In this document: positions 54,816 to 55,711 of the stretch, one piece after another
Layout: the number at the start of each line of letters is the position of its first letter
Numbering within the stretch: the first letter of the stretch is position 1
Source of the DNA: a virus
Lineage: Duplodnaviria > Caudoviricetes
Reading direction: 5' to 3' (one strand)
Virus record (IMG/VR): IMGVR_UViG_3300025759_000119
Coordinates: 1 to 55,711 of that record
DNA: 55,711 nt
The notes under the pieces: model-generated
Told to the model about the DNA's origin: nothing
The model's input: only the letters and a program-made list of their open reading frames with translations
Databases searched by the model: none
Program-made: the position numbers and the translations under genes

Positions 54816-54860
54816 TCCCTGACAGCCGCATGGTGCGGCTGACACTAGCCACGACAGGAG
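54816..54860 (+). ncRNA. Candidate Mu-gpT-DE-like structured RNA
   Basis: CAGCCGCA-TGG-TGCGGCTG hairpin within CCTG/CAGG stem covering the RBS; downstream of a gpT-like MCP. Confidence 0.5.
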
Positions 54861-54866
54861 ATCTAA

Positions 54867-55097
54867 ATGGCTCGTACAACTTTTTCGGGTCCACTGAAGG
54901 TAGATACCGCCTTCTGGGCCACCCCAATCCTTTTTGCAAACCTGCCTGCGGCTTCAGCCGACAACGAAGGCTACATTTACTATGTATCAGATGCTCGTAA
55001 GGCTGCTGAAGGTGCCGCTGCTGGTACAGGAAACCTCGTGTTTTCTGACGGTTCAAACTGGATTCGTGTAGATACCGGCGCAACCGCTGTTGCATAA
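54867..55097 (+). CDS. Small virion protein
   Basis: MARTTFSGP N-term; LP.A...G.I.YVSD...FSDGSNW. Confidence 0.7.
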   Translation: MARTTFSGPLKVDTAFWATPILFANLPAASADNEGYIYYVSDARKAAEGAAAGTGNLVFSDGSNWIRVDTGATAVA

Positions 55098-55107
55098 GGA
55101 GGCTTAA

Positions 55108-55377
55108 ATGGCTGGTCCAGTAAAAGCCTATAGTGCTACAGCGACAGGGGCAGTAGGTCCGGGTCGCTCACGCATTAAACAGATTGTTATGTACGCTACC
55201 GCCGCTGGTGCGTTTACGCTAACCGACGGCAACGGCGGTGCGACATTGCTTACACAAAAATTTCCTGCCGGTCAGAATGCTCTTAACATTCCGGGCGACG
55301 GTATAATTGCTGAAAGCGGTGTTTATGTAAGCGCAATCTCGGGTACAGGTGCCGAACTAACAATCTTTTTGGCGTAA
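55108..55377 (+). CDS. Small virion protein
   Basis: AGGAGG RBS; IPGDGI...GVYV. Confidence 0.7.
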   Translation: MAGPVKAYSATATGAVGPGRSRIKQIVMYATAAGAFTLTDGNGGATLLTQKFPAGQNALNIPGDGIIAESGVYVSAISGTGAELTIFLA

Positions 55378-55381
55378 AACA

Positions 55382-55711
55382 ATGTCTGTCCACGAGATAC
55401 GATCTATATCTCAAGTCGGCACAAGCGAACCGTTTGAGCTACAGGTCGCTCGTGGGCAGATTTCGGGTCATAAAACTGTCTTTAAGTTTGGCTACAACGC
55501 TTCTGTTGGAGACTCTAAGGAAACCATTTGGGAACAGGGCGGTTTATACGCTTATCCCGCATCAGCCACAGTAATGACTATATCAAGCAGTTCGGCTAAT
55601 GACACTGCCGCAGGAACTGGTGCAAGAACAGTAGAAGTTTTTGGCCTAGATGCGGATTACAACGAAATAAACGAAGTTGTCACACTGAATGGGCAAACTG
55701 CTGTTAACACC
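55382..55711 (+). CDS. Virion structural protein (partial, runs off window)
   Basis: MSVHEIRSISQVGTSEPFELQVARGQI.GH..VFKFGYN... Confidence 0.7.
   Translation, partial: MSVHEIRSISQVGTSEPFELQVARGQISGHKTVFKFGYNASVGDSKETIWEQGGLYAYPASATVMTISSSSANDTAAGTGARTVEVFGLDADYNEINEVVTLNGQTAVNT

Noticed and set aside
1434-55095. Many short antisense or nested ORFs in the track
   Set aside because: Fully overlap well-supported genes and lack RBS or motifs
1-55711. tRNA, rRNA, integrase/att site, IS element, intron or intein
   Set aside because: No cloverleaf, recombinase, transposase or splicing motifs recognised; polA, terL and helicases are uninterrupted

Overview
The window is most of a tailed dsDNA phage genome with podovirus-like organisation. 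Both ends cut through structural genes. The gene set resembles marine alphaproteobacterial phages of the uvMED / HTVC023P type; this is an inference from architecture, not a database result. 1-21.3 kb (+): an array of tail-fibre/adhesin genes with small partner genes, a tail stabilisation protein, putative ejection proteins and a GH24 lysozyme. 21.4-35.3 kb (mostly -): family A DNA polymerase (Leu at the E. coli F762 position), UvrD-like helicase, AEP primase, SSB-like protein, SNF2 helicase and about 20 tiny early genes. 35.3-39.3 kb: a regulatory and possible genome-end region with inverted iterons upstream of terS, heptamer arrays, a ~100-bp direct repeat carrying GTCA-N6-TGAC boxes and a GGA-triloop hairpin, three leftward promoter-gene-terminator cassettes and a terminator/antiterminator-like switch. 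39.3-55.7 kb (+): terL, proteins sharing a C-terminal GG...FKGxF tag, portal, holin, GroES, scaffold, Mu-gpT-like major capsid protein and a candidate Mu-gpT-DE RNA. I saw no integrase, tRNA, CRISPR array or reverse transcriptase. All product calls come from motif recognition by eye.
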